From a bacterium (GTDB lineage: Bacteria; Hydrothermota; Tepidihabitantia; Tepidihabitantales; Tepidihabitantaceae), in NCBI GenBank assembly GCA_039793395.1, contig JBAMLV010000008.1, forward strand, positions 10,196 through 74,195: 64,000 nt of DNA, given 5' to 3'. Shown one piece after another: positions 54,944-64,000 of this stretch. A program made the translations under genes and the position numbers. The notes below the pieces were generated by a model. The model was not told where the DNA came from and ran no database searches. It saw only the letters and a program-made list of their open reading frames with translations. The stretch's first letter is position 1, and every line of letters starts with the position of its first letter.

Positions 54944-56167
54944 ATGGCGCTGGTCGTGCAGAAATATGGTGGTTCCTCGGTTGCCGATATTGAGCGGATA
55001 AAAAATGTTGCCCGGCGCATCGTTGCCCGGCGCCGCCGCGGAGACCGCCTGGTCGTGGTTGTGTCGGCAATGGGTGAAACCACTGACCGGCTCACCGAAC
55101 TTGCCCGGGCGGTCAACCCGGCACCTCATCCCCGGGAACTGGATATGCTGCTGACCGCTGGCGAACGTCAGGCAATGGCACTGCTTGCTCTGGCGATAAT
55201 GGGCTACGGCTGTGAAGCCCGTTCCTTTACCGGCTCACAGGTCGGCATCATCACCGACCGGTATCACGCCGATGCCCGGATTCAGGAAATCCGGCTCTTT
55301 CGTATTACCGATGCACTCCGCCAGGGGATTATCCCAATTGTTGCCGGCTTTCAGGGAATGAGCGAAGAGCGGGAAATTACCACCCTTGGCCGGGGTGGCT
55401 CGGATGTCACCGCAGTTGCGCTTGCGGCTGCGCTGCGTGCTGACCGGTGCGAATTCTACAAGGATGTGGAAGGAATATGCACCGAAAACCCGGCAGAATT
55501 CCCCGGTGTTCGTCCGGTCCGGGAACTGACCTTTACCGAACTGGCGGAGCTGGCACAGGCCGGTTCAGAAATTATTCACCCCCGCGCCTGTGCCCTGGCG
55601 GCAAAATACCGGGTTCCGCTGCAGATCAGTTCATCTTTTAACAACAAGCGAGGCACTATGGTAGTGGAAAAAAGTATAACCAGAATGGAAAAGGCATTTG
55701 TCCGGGCAATTGCCCATCAGCAGAAACTTGCCCGCATCGCCCTGATTGATGTCACCCGAAAACAGCGCTGCCTCCATCAGGTAATCACCCGGCTGGCCGC
55801 GGCACGGATTCCGGTTCTCTTCTTCAGCCACGGCATTGCGCACCAGAACCGGTTTGACCTGTCATTCATCATTCCGGAGCCCGACCTCCCCCATGCCCGG
55901 GAAATTCTTGAACCGCTAATTCCGGAGGTCAGAGCAGAAAAACTGGATACCAGTTGCGACCTCGCCTCGGTCTCACTGGTTGGTCCCGGAGTCGGTAATG
56001 ACCCGGCAATTATCGCCGGCACCCTTGACACTCTCCATAAGGCACAGATTCACCTCGAGGCATTTGCCCTGACCGCCACCCGGCTCACCTGCTTCCTCCG
56101 GCGTCACCAGCTCCGGCTCGCCATCACCGCCCTGCTTGCCCGATTCCGGCTGACCCGCGAAAGCTGA
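54944..56167 (+). CDS. lysC: Aspartate kinase
   Basis: [26 protein letters not shown]...[15 protein letters not shown]-terminal ACT domains. Confidence 0.9.
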   Translation: MALVVQKYGGSSVADIERIKNVARRIVARRRRGDRLVVVVSAMGETTDRLTELARAVNPAPHPRELDMLLTAGERQAMALLALAIMGYGCEARSFTGSQVGIITDRYHADARIQEIRLFRITDALRQGIIPIVAGFQGMSEEREITTLGRGGSDVTAVALAAALRADRCEFYKDVEGICTENPAEFPGVRPVRELTFTELAELAQAGSEIIHPRACALAAKYRVPLQISSSFNNKRGTMVVEKSITRMEKAFVRAIAHQQKLARIALIDVTRKQRCLHQVITRLAAARIPVLFFSHGIAHQNRFDLSFIIPEPDLPHAREILEPLIPEVRAEKLDTSCDLASVSLVGPGVGNDPAIIAGTLDTLHKAQIHLEAFALTATRLTCFLRRHQLRLAITALLARFRLTRES

Positions 56168-56179
56168 GGAGGTGCAGCA

Positions 56180-56737
56180 GTGGAAGCGGCTAACCCGCAA
56201 CCGCTGGAACCGATTGTCGAGGCGGTCCTCTTCGCCGCCGACGGACCGGTTACCATTGCCCGGCTGGCGGAAATTGCCGGTCAGCATGAAAACGCGGTCC
56301 AACAGGCAATTGAAAACCTCAACCGGATTTATGCCGAGACCGGCCGCGCCTTCCGCATCTCCCGGGTGGCACAGGGCTATCAACTCTACACCCTGCCCGA
56401 ATATGCTGAGTGGATAAGAAAACTCTACGCTCACACCCGGATTCAGCGCCTGTCTGCCGCCGCCCTGGAGGTGCTGGCAATCATCGCCTACAAACAGCCG
56501 GTTACCCGCCCGGAAATAGAACAACTGCGCGGTGTGGACTGCTCCGCACCGCTGCTCACGCTCTTGGAACGCGGGCTCGTCATTACTGCGGGCCGGGCAC
56601 ATCGCCCGGGCAACCCATTTCTCTACCGCACCACCCGGGAATTTCTCCGCTACTTCGGCCTGGAATCGCTGGACGACCTCCCGCGCTTAGAAGAACTGGG
56701 CGAATTCCTCGCTGCCCGGGAACCCCAGACCGGCTGA
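56180..56737 (+). CDS. scpB: Segregation and condensation protein B
   Basis: LEVLAIIAYKQPVTRPEIEQLRGVDCSAPLLTLLERGLV (ScpB winged helix). GTG start with GAGGAGG Shine-Dalgarno. Confidence 0.82.
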   Translation: MEAANPQPLEPIVEAVLFAADGPVTIARLAEIAGQHENAVQQAIENLNRIYAETGRAFRISRVAQGYQLYTLPEYAEWIRKLYAHTRIQRLSAAALEVLAIIAYKQPVTRPEIEQLRGVDCSAPLLTLLERGLVITAGRAHRPGNPFLYRTTREFLRYFGLESLDDLPRLEELGEFLAAREPQTG

Positions 56738-56751
56738 AACGCAAACCCGGG

Positions 56752-57261
56752 ATGCCAAAACCGGCACGACTCATTATTGCCGTCCTCAGCCGAAACCTGG
56801 AACTCCTTGCAGCGGCAGAACCGGTGCTCACTGCCGCCTTCGGTCCAATCCGGCTTCGCAGTGAAACCTTCCGCTGGAACTTTTCCCGCTACTACGAACC
56901 AGAACTCGGTCCCGAACTCTGGCGCCAGTGGCTCGGATTTCAACCGCTGGTAATCCCCGGCCACCTGAGCGAATTCAAGCAAAAAACCATCCAGCTTGAG
57001 GATAAATTCCGCGACGAACAGGGCAACCGGACAATCAACCTTGACCCTGGAATCCTAACCCTTCACAATCTGGTACTGGCGACCACCAAGGACTATGCGC
57101 ATCGGATTGCGCTCACTCCGGAAATTTACGCCGAACTGACCCTCATCTTCCATCAGGGCAGATACCAGCCTCTGCCCTGGACCTATCCGGATTATCAGAC
57201 TGAAATCTGCCAGAAGTTCCTGTTAGCCTGCCGCCAGACCCTGCTCAACCGCGAAGCGTAA
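56752..57261 (+). CDS. Hypothetical protein (DUF4416-like)
   Basis: MPKPARLIIAVLSRNLELLAAAEPVLTAAFGPI.... The longer track ORF 56410..57261 overlaps scpB out of frame and is trimmed to the first ATG after scpB. Confidence 0.45.
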   Translation: MPKPARLIIAVLSRNLELLAAAEPVLTAAFGPIRLRSETFRWNFSRYYEPELGPELWRQWLGFQPLVIPGHLSEFKQKTIQLEDKFRDEQGNRTINLDPGILTLHNLVLATTKDYAHRIALTPEIYAELTLIFHQGRYQPLPWTYPDYQTEICQKFLLACRQTLLNREA

Positions 57262-57273
57262 GCTGCACCTCAA

Positions 57274-58443
57274 CTAATTCTTCCGGCACCGGGCAAGAAA
57301 ATTCCCCATCCGTTCCAGTGCCCGGGCAATGTTCTCAATTGAATTGGCATAACTCAACCGCAGAAACCCGTCCCCGAACTTGCCGAAACAGGTACCGGCA
57401 AGACAGGCCACCCCCTCCTCCTCCAGGAGCCGGTCGGCAAGCACCTTACAGTCCATCCCGGTTCCTTCAATATTGGGAAACACATAGAATGCGCCCTGCG
57501 GCTTACTGCACCGGAACCCGGGCAGTTGGTTCAACCCCTCAACAATGAAATCCCTGCGCCTTCTGAACTCCGCCACCATCAGTTCAACATCCTCATGCGG
57601 ACCCTGGAGCGCCGCAAGACAGGCACGCTGAATAAAAGTGGTGGTGCAGGAGTTGATATTGGTCTCAATTCGTGCCATCTTCTCAGCCAGATCCCGGGGC
57701 ATAATTCCGTAACCGATGCGCCAGCCGGTCATCGCAAAGGTCTTAGAAAACCCATCCAGAATTATCAGCCGGGGATGGACATCGGGAAACTGGGCAATGG
57801 ACTCAAAGGGCATATCATACACAATCTCCGAATAGATTTCATCGGCAAGAACCCACACATTATACTTAAGTGCGGTATCAGCAATCAGCCGCAGGTCCTC
57901 ACGGGTCAGCACACCGCCGGTCGGATTTGCCGGGGAGTTAATCACAATCAGTTTTGTCCGGTGATTCACCAGGCTGACAAGTTCCTCCACATCCAGCCGG
58001 AAATCCCGCTCCGCCCGTAGCCGGATTGGCACCGGCCGCCCGCCCATAAACTCAATCATTGATTCATAAATCGGAAACCCGGGATTTGGATAAATCACCT
58101 CATCCCCGCTCTCAACCAGTGCCATCATCGCAAACGCCATCACCGGCTTTGCCCCTGGTGTCACCACCACCTGCTCTGGAAAGAACTTCACCCCGCGCAG
58201 CCGGCCCGCATAATCGGCAATTGCGGCTCTTAACTCCGGCAGGCCGGCCGATGGCCCGTAATGGGTCCAGCCCTCATCCAGTGCCCGCTTTGCCGCCTCC
58301 ACGATGTGCTGCGGTGTCCGGAAATCCGGCTCGCCGATTTCCAGATGAATCACCTCCCGGGTGCATTCCAGCTCCTTTGCCCGGCACAGCACATCAAAGG
58401 CGGTTTCGGTGCCGAGCCTTTCCATTCGCGTTGCCAGTCTCAT
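57274..58443 (-). CDS. Class I aminotransferase (aspartate/aromatic aminotransferase-like)
   Basis: SKTFAMTGWRIGY. INSPANPTG. GGAGGG Shine-Dalgarno 5 nt upstream. Confidence 0.82.
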   Translation of the reverse strand: MRLATRMERLGTETAFDVLCRAKELECTREVIHLEIGEPDFRTPQHIVEAAKRALDEGWTHYGPSAGLPELRAAIADYAGRLRGVKFFPEQVVVTPGAKPVMAFAMMALVESGDEVIYPNPGFPIYESMIEFMGGRPVPIRLRAERDFRLDVEELVSLVNHRTKLIVINSPANPTGGVLTREDLRLIADTALKYNVWVLADEIYSEIVYDMPFESIAQFPDVHPRLIILDGFSKTFAMTGWRIGYGIMPRDLAEKMARIETNINSCTTTFIQRACLAALQGPHEDVELMVAEFRRRRDFIVEGLNQLPGFRCSKPQGAFYVFPNIEGTGMDCKVLADRLLEEEGVACLAGTCFGKFGDGFLRLSYANSIENIARALERMGNFLARCRKN

Positions 58444-58452
58444 TCAGCCCTC

Positions 58453-60654
58453 CTATCTTTTTGTGTCATTGCGAGGCTCCGAAGGAGCCGAAGCAATCCC
58501 TGCGCTTGGAGTTTGCTTCCCTCCGCTCGCAACATCCTTTTTCTTCTTAGTACTCGCCCTTTTCACCTTGTCCCGCGACGACTTCCCCTTAACCTCAGCA
58601 GCGACGGCACCCCTTTCTGTTCGCGCTGCCAGCAGCTCCCGTGCCTTGGCGGCAATATGCTCGGCTGAAACCTCAAACTCCCACATCAACTCCCACGGCT
58701 GGCCCGACTCTCCAAACCGGTCCTTCACCCCGATGGCGCCAAAAACCACCGGCCGGTTAAAAAGCTCCGGTGCGGTGTGGAGCACATAAGATACCCGGTT
58801 TGCCAGCCCGCCGATCTGGTGCTCCTCGGCGGTCAGCACCACCCCGGTCTCAACCGCCGCCTTAATAAGATACCTTTGATTCGGAATCGTCTCTCCGGGA
58901 TGGGTTGATGGCGACTTCAGGGTATGCAGATTGATGACCCGGGTTTCAACCCCGAAATCCTCCTTCAGAATCCAGGCTGCCCGCAGCGCCTCCGGCACCA
59001 TCGGCCCGCAGGCAACAATGGTCAATTGCTCATCCTCACCCTCATACTGGTCAGCGGTCTTCACCTCAAAGGCGTCAATAAACAAATCCCGCTCACCCCG
59101 ATACCGATAGACATTTGGCATCCCCCAGACAAACGGCGTCTGATTACTGGTGATCACCGGTGTTGCCTCTCTGGCAAACCGGATATACTTCGGACCCTGG
59201 ATTTCAAATAGCAAATGGGCAGTCGCCCGCTTCGTCTCCACCGCATCACACGGCACACATACATGCATATTGGGCAAACCGCAAATCTGAAACAAATCCT
59301 CCAGTGCCTGATGCGTTGCGCCATCCGGACCAACCGAAACGCCGCCGTGCGCACCGGCAATCAGCACATTAAAATTACCATAACATACGGTCGTTCGCAA
59401 CTGGTCCAGATTCCTGCCCGCGGCAAACACCCCATAGGTTCCAAAGACCGGCAGCTTCCCCTCCTTTGCCAGCCCGGCCGCAACATTGGTCCCGGACTGC
59501 TCGGCAATACCGACCGAAATCCAGCGCTCCCGGCGCTCCGGATGCTGCTCATAAAACTGGGAAATGGTGATTGAACCCGAGATATCCGCACCGATACAGC
59601 AGACCCGCGGGTCATCGCCCAGCTCTGCGAGCGCCTCCCCGAATCCGAACCTGGTCGCCTTCATCTCCACCTTCATCTTCTCCTGCCGGTTCCAGAAGAA
59701 ATCCCGGGAAAACTTCGGCACCTTAGCCATCAGTTTTGCCGTTGCCTCAGCCTGATATTCCGCTGCCTGCCGGAGCAATTTTTCATAATCAATCCGGAAA
59801 TCCAGCCCCAGCTCCTTCAGCCCTTTAATCATCTCCGCCTTATTCGGTGCCTTACCGTGCCAGCCGGCGACATTCTCCATAAACGACACTCCCTTACCCT
59901 TGGTCGTATGGCAGATGATCACCGTCGGCTGGCCCTGGTGGTGTGCCGCCTTCTCAAAAGCCGAAAGAATCTGATGCATATTGTGCCCGTCAATCTCAAT
60001 CACATTCCAGCCGAATGCCCGGTACTTATCCGTAATCGGGTCAATATTCATCACCTCCTTGACCCAGCCGTCAATCTGCAGCCGGTTCTTGTCCAGAATA
60101 CAGCACAGATTGTCCAGATGATATGCCCCCGCTTCCATCACCGCTTCCCAGATCTGCCCCTCCTGATGCTCGCCATCACCGGTCAGACAGTAAACCCGGT
60201 AACTTTTCTTATCCAGCCGGGCGGCAAGCGCAATCCCGACCGCCACCGAAAGCCCCTGCCCCAGCGAACCCGAGGAAATCTCCACCCCGGGCAGTTTCAG
60301 CCAGTGCGGATGGCCCTGATACGGAGCGTAAAGCTTGCGCAGCCGGACCACATCCTCAACTGGAAAATAACCCGCCATTCCCAGTCCCAGATAAAGTGCC
60401 GGCGCCTTGTGACCGGTTGACCAGATAATCCGGTCCCGGTTCTCCCAGAACGGATTCTGTGGGTCGTGCCGGGCAACATGGAGATAAAGCGCTGCGGTCA
60501 CATCCATAATTGACAGCGTGCCCCCGGCATGGCCCGAACCGGCAGCGCACAGGGCGATCAGATTATAACCCCGCATCAGATTCGCGGCCTGGGTCAGTTC
60601 GGCAACGGTATAACTCTTTCTTACCTGTCCGGTTTTCGAGTCAATAATTGGCAT
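58453..60654 (-). CDS. tkt: Transketolase with a repeat-derived, Lys-rich C-terminal extension
   Basis: GHAGGTLSIMDVTAALY..., GDGEHQEGQIWEA, ...GPDGATHQALEDL. The last ~55 aa (KGKSSRDKVKRASTKKKKD...GIASAPSEPRNDTKR) are atypical and end in a dispersed-repeat copy. Confidence 0.88.
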   Translation of the reverse strand: MPIIDSKTGQVRKSYTVAELTQAANLMRGYNLIALCAAGSGHAGGTLSIMDVTAALYLHVARHDPQNPFWENRDRIIWSTGHKAPALYLGLGMAGYFPVEDVVRLRKLYAPYQGHPHWLKLPGVEISSGSLGQGLSVAVGIALAARLDKKSYRVYCLTGDGEHQEGQIWEAVMEAGAYHLDNLCCILDKNRLQIDGWVKEVMNIDPITDKYRAFGWNVIEIDGHNMHQILSAFEKAAHHQGQPTVIICHTTKGKGVSFMENVAGWHGKAPNKAEMIKGLKELGLDFRIDYEKLLRQAAEYQAEATAKLMAKVPKFSRDFFWNRQEKMKVEMKATRFGFGEALAELGDDPRVCCIGADISGSITISQFYEQHPERRERWISVGIAEQSGTNVAAGLAKEGKLPVFGTYGVFAAGRNLDQLRTTVCYGNFNVLIAGAHGGVSVGPDGATHQALEDLFQICGLPNMHVCVPCDAVETKRATAHLLFEIQGPKYIRFAREATPVITSNQTPFVWGMPNVYRYRGERDLFIDAFEVKTADQYEGEDEQLTIVACGPMVPEALRAAWILKEDFGVETRVINLHTLKSPSTHPGETIPNQRYLIKAAVETGVVLTAEEHQIGGLANRVSYVLHTAPELFNRPVVFGAIGVKDRFGESGQPWELMWEFEVSAEHIAAKARELLAARTERGAVAAEVKGKSSRDKVKRASTKKKKDVASGGKQTPSAGIASAPSEPRNDTKR
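58464..58537. repeat. Dispersed palindromic repeat (reverse orientation) plus a partial second copy, inside the tkt 3' end
   Basis: GTCATTGCGAGGCTCCGAAGGAGCCGAAGCAATCCC has an inner GGCTCC-GAA-GGAGCC hairpin. Then gtttgcttccctccgctcgcaacatcc. Confidence 0.7.
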
Positions 60655-60657
60655 ATT

Positions 60658-61308
60658 TCATCCTCTCGGTATCTGCTGATAATCCTCATAGAACTTCTTA
60701 ATCCCGGCATCGGTCAGCGGATGCTTCACCATCTTTACCAGCACCTCATAGGGAATGGTGGCGATATGAGCACCGGCACGCATTGCCTCAATCACATGCA
60801 GTGGATGCCGGATACTGGCAGCAATTACCCGGGTCGCAAAATCATAATACTCAATCATTGCCGCAATGTCCCGCACCAGTTCCATCCCGTCGTGCGAAAT
60901 GTCATCCAGCCGGCCAATAAACGGTGAGATGAAGGTCGCACCGGCGCGGCAGGCAAGCAGTGCCTGATTGGGCGAAAACACCAGCGTCACATTGGTCAGG
61001 ATGTTTTTTGCCGCCAGCACCCGCACCGCCTTCAACCCCTCAACCCCCATCGGGATTTTGATTGTCACCTTGGCCGGGTCAAGCTGTGCCCACTCCTCCG
61101 CCTCCTTTACCATTCCGGCAGCATCGGGCGAAACCGCCTCCACCGAGACCGGGCCATCAACCACCTTCAGAATGTCGGCAACGCACGCCTTAAAACTCCG
61201 GCCGGTCTTGCGCACCAGCGTCGGATTGGTGGTCACGCCGTCCAGGATGCCCCAGCTGGCGACCTCCTGAATTTCATTGATGTCTGCGGAGTCAATAAAA
61301 ATCTTCAT
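60658..61308 (-). CDS. tal: Transaldolase / fructose-6-phosphate aldolase family (TalC/Fsa-like)
   Basis: MKIFIDSADINEIQEVASWGILDGVTTNPTL. 216 aa. Confidence 0.88.
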   Translation of the reverse strand: MKIFIDSADINEIQEVASWGILDGVTTNPTLVRKTGRSFKACVADILKVVDGPVSVEAVSPDAAGMVKEAEEWAQLDPAKVTIKIPMGVEGLKAVRVLAAKNILTNVTLVFSPNQALLACRAGATFISPFIGRLDDISHDGMELVRDIAAMIEYYDFATRVIAASIRHPLHVIEAMRAGAHIATIPYEVLVKMVKHPLTDAGIKKFYEDYQQIPRG

Positions 61309-61628
61309 ACCGCCTCCTGTTCAGCTGTTTTAATTCCGGAATCATTAAAATGGTTCAAAAACTCCACCCCTTGCGGGTGCAAAATCGCCAACTCACTGCC
61401 TGTTCTGCTCACTGTCTTTTAATTATAACCGATAATTATCTGAAAATCAATTAAGTCATTACTCGGTCAAACCCGCGCCCCACTCCCGGACAATCGTTGA
61501 CAAATGTGAAAATCGGATTATTATATTAATGGCGACGCCGAAAAAGATTAGTTGCTCATCGGTCTGGAGCGGCAGCCGGTAAAAAAGATTACCGCTCCGG
61601 ATGCGGGGCGTGAAAAAGGAGGCTGTTT

Positions 61629-64000
61629 ATGAAAAATTTAAGTCTTATTGAGAAAACCAAATGCCCGCTCCAAAATTACCGACGGTTCCTGCTTCCCGCC
61701 GGCCTGCTACTGCCGCTGCTCCTTTTTGCCCAACAGACCATTCTTTCCCAGGACTTCAATGGTAACTGGTCAACGGTGAACCCGCCGGCGGGCTGGCAGA
61801 TAACCTTTACCTATGACACCTCGGCAAACGACTGGCACCGTGCCCCGGACCTGGGCTTCAACCCCTGGCCTGCCAACCCGACCCCTTATGCCGCACTCGG
61901 CACCGGCAACGAAGAAGAGATTGACGACTGGCTCATCACCCCTTATCTGGACTTCACCGGCTGTTCCAACATCACTCTCCGCTGTTCCCTCGGCATCGCA
62001 CCCGGCACCGGTCTGCTTGACGCCCGCATCTATGGTGCGGTTGACTCCGGACCATTTACGATTGAAGTTGCCAATCTCTCCGGTCAGACCCTGACGCCCG
62101 GTTTGGTCACCTACAACCTGGACTGGGCAGCCAACCGGCGTGGGGTCCGGATTGCCTTTGCCTGCCTCGGTGAATCCACCGCCCTTTCCTACTTTGTCCT
62201 TGACAATCTGACCATTACCGCCAATCGCCAGGCATCCGATGTCGGCATCCTCCGCATCCTTGACCCAGGGGACACGGTTGACTCGGCAAGTCTCGTCACC
62301 CCCTCCTGCCGGGTGTTCAATCCTTCAAACGGTTTGGGTTCATTCTGGACCGTCTGCCAGATTGGCGACCGCTACCGCGACAGCGTCTGGACCGGCGAAC
62401 TCGGTCCTGGCGACTCCGCCACCCTCACCTTCCGCTCCTGGCGTGCCGACACCGCCGGCATCATCACCGCCCGATTCCAGACCCTGCTCCCCGGCGACCT
62501 CAATCCGGAAAACGACACCGCCAGCAAAAAAGTATTTGTCAAACCGCCCTTCTTCAACGACGCGGCCGCACTGGCAATTCTCGCCCCGGTCGGTATGGTT
62601 CTGGAAACCACCACCGTCATCCCCCGGGGAGTAATCGCCAACCTCGCGCCACAACCGGTCACCCTCAAAGCCTTCTTTGAAATCTCCTTTTTGGGCTCGC
62701 CGCTCTACTCCGACTCCATCACCCACCACCTGAACCCGGGTCAGACCGACACCGTCAGTTTCGCCGCCTGGGTTGCCACTCCAGCTGGCACCTTCACCAC
62801 CTTCCTCTGGGTGAGCGCCCCGCGCGACCTCAACCCGGAAAACGACCGCATCAACTCCTCGGTCACGGTCCGCACCGCCAGCCACGATGTTGGCACCACT
62901 GCCATCCTTGCCCCGCTGGATACCATTCCGCCCGGACCGGTCACTCCTCAGGCACAGATTGTCAACTTCGGCACCTTCACCGAAGCCGGCTTCCAGGTCC
63001 TCTTCACCGTCCATCAGTCCGGCACCCCGGTCTTCACCGACTCGGCAATCGTTACCACTATTGAGCCCGGCGACACCGCCCTTCTAACCTTCCGCCCCTG
63101 GAATGCTGCCCGCGGCACCTACACCGTCACCTGCTCCACCCGGCTTGCCCCTGACAACGAACCCGCTAACGACCGCTTCACCCGCACCGTTGCGGTCCGC
63201 ACCCTGCTCCATCCCGGCTGGCAGGAACTGACCCCGGTGCCGCTTGCCCCGGCAAACAAACCGGTCAAGGACGGTGGTGCGCTTGCCTATCTTAACAACC
63301 GGGTCTATGTCCTGCGCGGCTATAAAACCAACGACTTCCTGACATACGATATTGAACAGGACTCCTGGCTGATTCTCGACCCGCTACCAGCTGGTTCCGG
63401 TGGCAAGCCCATTCACAAAGGTGGTGCCCTCTGTGCCGATGGCAGTCGCTACCTCTATGCCACCAAGGGCTACTCTACCTACAGTTTTCTCCGCTACGAT
63501 GCCTGGCTTGACACCTGGGAAACGAGAAAGGATGTTCCGCCCGGACCAACCGGCAAACCCATCAAGGGCGGCAACTATCTAACTTATGTCCGCCTGCCCC
63601 AGGGTGAATATGTGTACCTGCTCAAGGGTTACAAAAACGAGTTCTGGCGCTACAATGTCCGTGCCGACTCCTGGGAGGCGCTGCCCGAAGCCCCGCTCGG
63701 TCCCTCGGGCAAAAACAGCTACAAAGGCGGTTCATTCATCGTCTTTGACGGCACCGGCACCATTTATGCGGTCAAGGGAAAATACGGCGAAGTGTTTGCC
63801 TTTGATGTCAACACCAGCCAGTGGCTCAGCACCAGTTTCCGCCCCTTCCCGGAAGCCGGCATGCTCGGCAAAAAGAAAAAGGTCAAAGACGGTGCTGGCG
63901 GTGTCTGGTGGAACAACGGGATGTTCTGCCTCAAAGGTGGCAACACCTGTGAATTCTGGCACTTTGACCCCCGACTCGCCGAACCCTGGACCGAACTGGA
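61629..64000 (+). CDS. Secreted CARDB-like repeat / Kelch-type beta-propeller protein, 3'-partial (continues past the window end)
   Basis: AAGGAGG Shine-Dalgarno. Signal peptide. Four ~110-aa repeats ending in DLNPENDxxxxxVxV (CARDB-like). Then Kelch-like blades (KDGGALAYLNNRVYVLRGYKTNDFLTYDIEQDSW, KGGALCADGSRYLYATKGY..., KGGNYLTYVRL..., KGGSFIVFDGTGTIYAVKG...). No stop through 64000. Confidence 0.65.
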   Translation, partial: MKNLSLIEKTKCPLQNYRRFLLPAGLLLPLLLFAQQTILSQDFNGNWSTVNPPAGWQITFTYDTSANDWHRAPDLGFNPWPANPTPYAALGTGNEEEIDDWLITPYLDFTGCSNITLRCSLGIAPGTGLLDARIYGAVDSGPFTIEVANLSGQTLTPGLVTYNLDWAANRRGVRIAFACLGESTALSYFVLDNLTITANRQASDVGILRILDPGDTVDSASLVTPSCRVFNPSNGLGSFWTVCQIGDRYRDSVWTGELGPGDSATLTFRSWRADTAGIITARFQTLLPGDLNPENDTASKKVFVKPPFFNDAAALAILAPVGMVLETTTVIPRGVIANLAPQPVTLKAFFEISFLGSPLYSDSITHHLNPGQTDTVSFAAWVATPAGTFTTFLWVSAPRDLNPENDRINSSVTVRTASHDVGTTAILAPLDTIPPGPVTPQAQIVNFGTFTEAGFQVLFTVHQSGTPVFTDSAIVTTIEPGDTALLTFRPWNAARGTYTVTCSTRLAPDNEPANDRFTRTVAVRTLLHPGWQELTPVPLAPANKPVKDGGALAYLNNRVYVLRGYKTNDFLTYDIEQDSWLILDPLPAGSGGKPIHKGGALCADGSRYLYATKGYSTYSFLRYDAWLDTWETRKDVPPGPTGKPIKGGNYLTYVRLPQGEYVYLLKGYKNEFWRYNVRADSWEALPEAPLGPSGKNSYKGGSFIVFDGTGTIYAVKGKYGEVFAFDVNTSQWLSTSFRPFPEAGMLGKKKKVKDGAGGVWWNNGMFCLKGGNTCEFWHFDPRLAEPWTEL

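Noticed and set aside
56410-56751. 5' portion of track ORF 56410..57261.
   Set aside because: Out-of-frame overlap with scpB, translating to Pro/Arg/Gly-rich junk. The gene is trimmed to the ATG at 56752.

Overview
This is a GC-rich (about 60%) bacterial chromosomal window. The T9SS-type C-terminal sorting domains and other features suggest the FCB superphylum, possibly a candidate phylum. I call about 50 protein genes, two tRNAs (Leu-CAG and Gly-CCC) and one clear intrinsic terminator. There are no rRNA genes, CRISPR arrays, transposases or integrases. All calls rest on motifs recognised by eye; no database search was run.

Housekeeping genes: glmS-glmM, tldD-pmbA, smpB, an AmiC-type amidase, rluD, nth, acpS, topA, lysC, two class-I aminotransferases, scpB, tkt-tal, cca, a GT2 Dpm1-like mannosyltransferase, a CDF transporter, a nitroreductase, an iron-sulfur flavoprotein, and an EndoQ-like PHP nuclease.

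Features worth a second look:
- A 1,780-aa single ORF fuses a Hanks Ser/Thr kinase, a STAND P-loop NTPase, a TPR array, a GAF domain, a sigma-54 AAA+ activator and a Fis-type HTH (22152..27494).
- A co-directional cluster of seven periplasmic lipoprotein genes carries LPP20-like, LpoB/CsgG-like and YcfL-like folds (39131..44590).
- An operon encodes an N-terminally truncated PknB-like kinase with PASTA and zinc-ribbon domains, a zinc-ribbon/PEGA protein and a 990-aa FN3/Ig-like/YVTN surface protein.
- A cca / C25 gingipain-like T9SS peptidase / radical-SAM operon has overlapping start and stop codons.
- A dispersed palindromic GC-rich repeat family (core GATTGCTTCGGCGCC...CTCGCAATGAC) sits after the tRNA-Leu gene and at gene 3' ends. 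It adds C-terminal tails to endoQ and tkt and is present in-frame inside topA.
- A degraded T9SS cargo gene (signal peptide, LVIVD repeats, sorting domain) shares one frame but is broken by in-frame TGA, TAG and TAA codons.
- Sigma-70-like promoters (TTGNNN-16/17-TATNNT) sit 5-7 nt from start codons, implying leaderless mRNAs.
- Three C-rich low-complexity tracts lie upstream of minus-strand operons.
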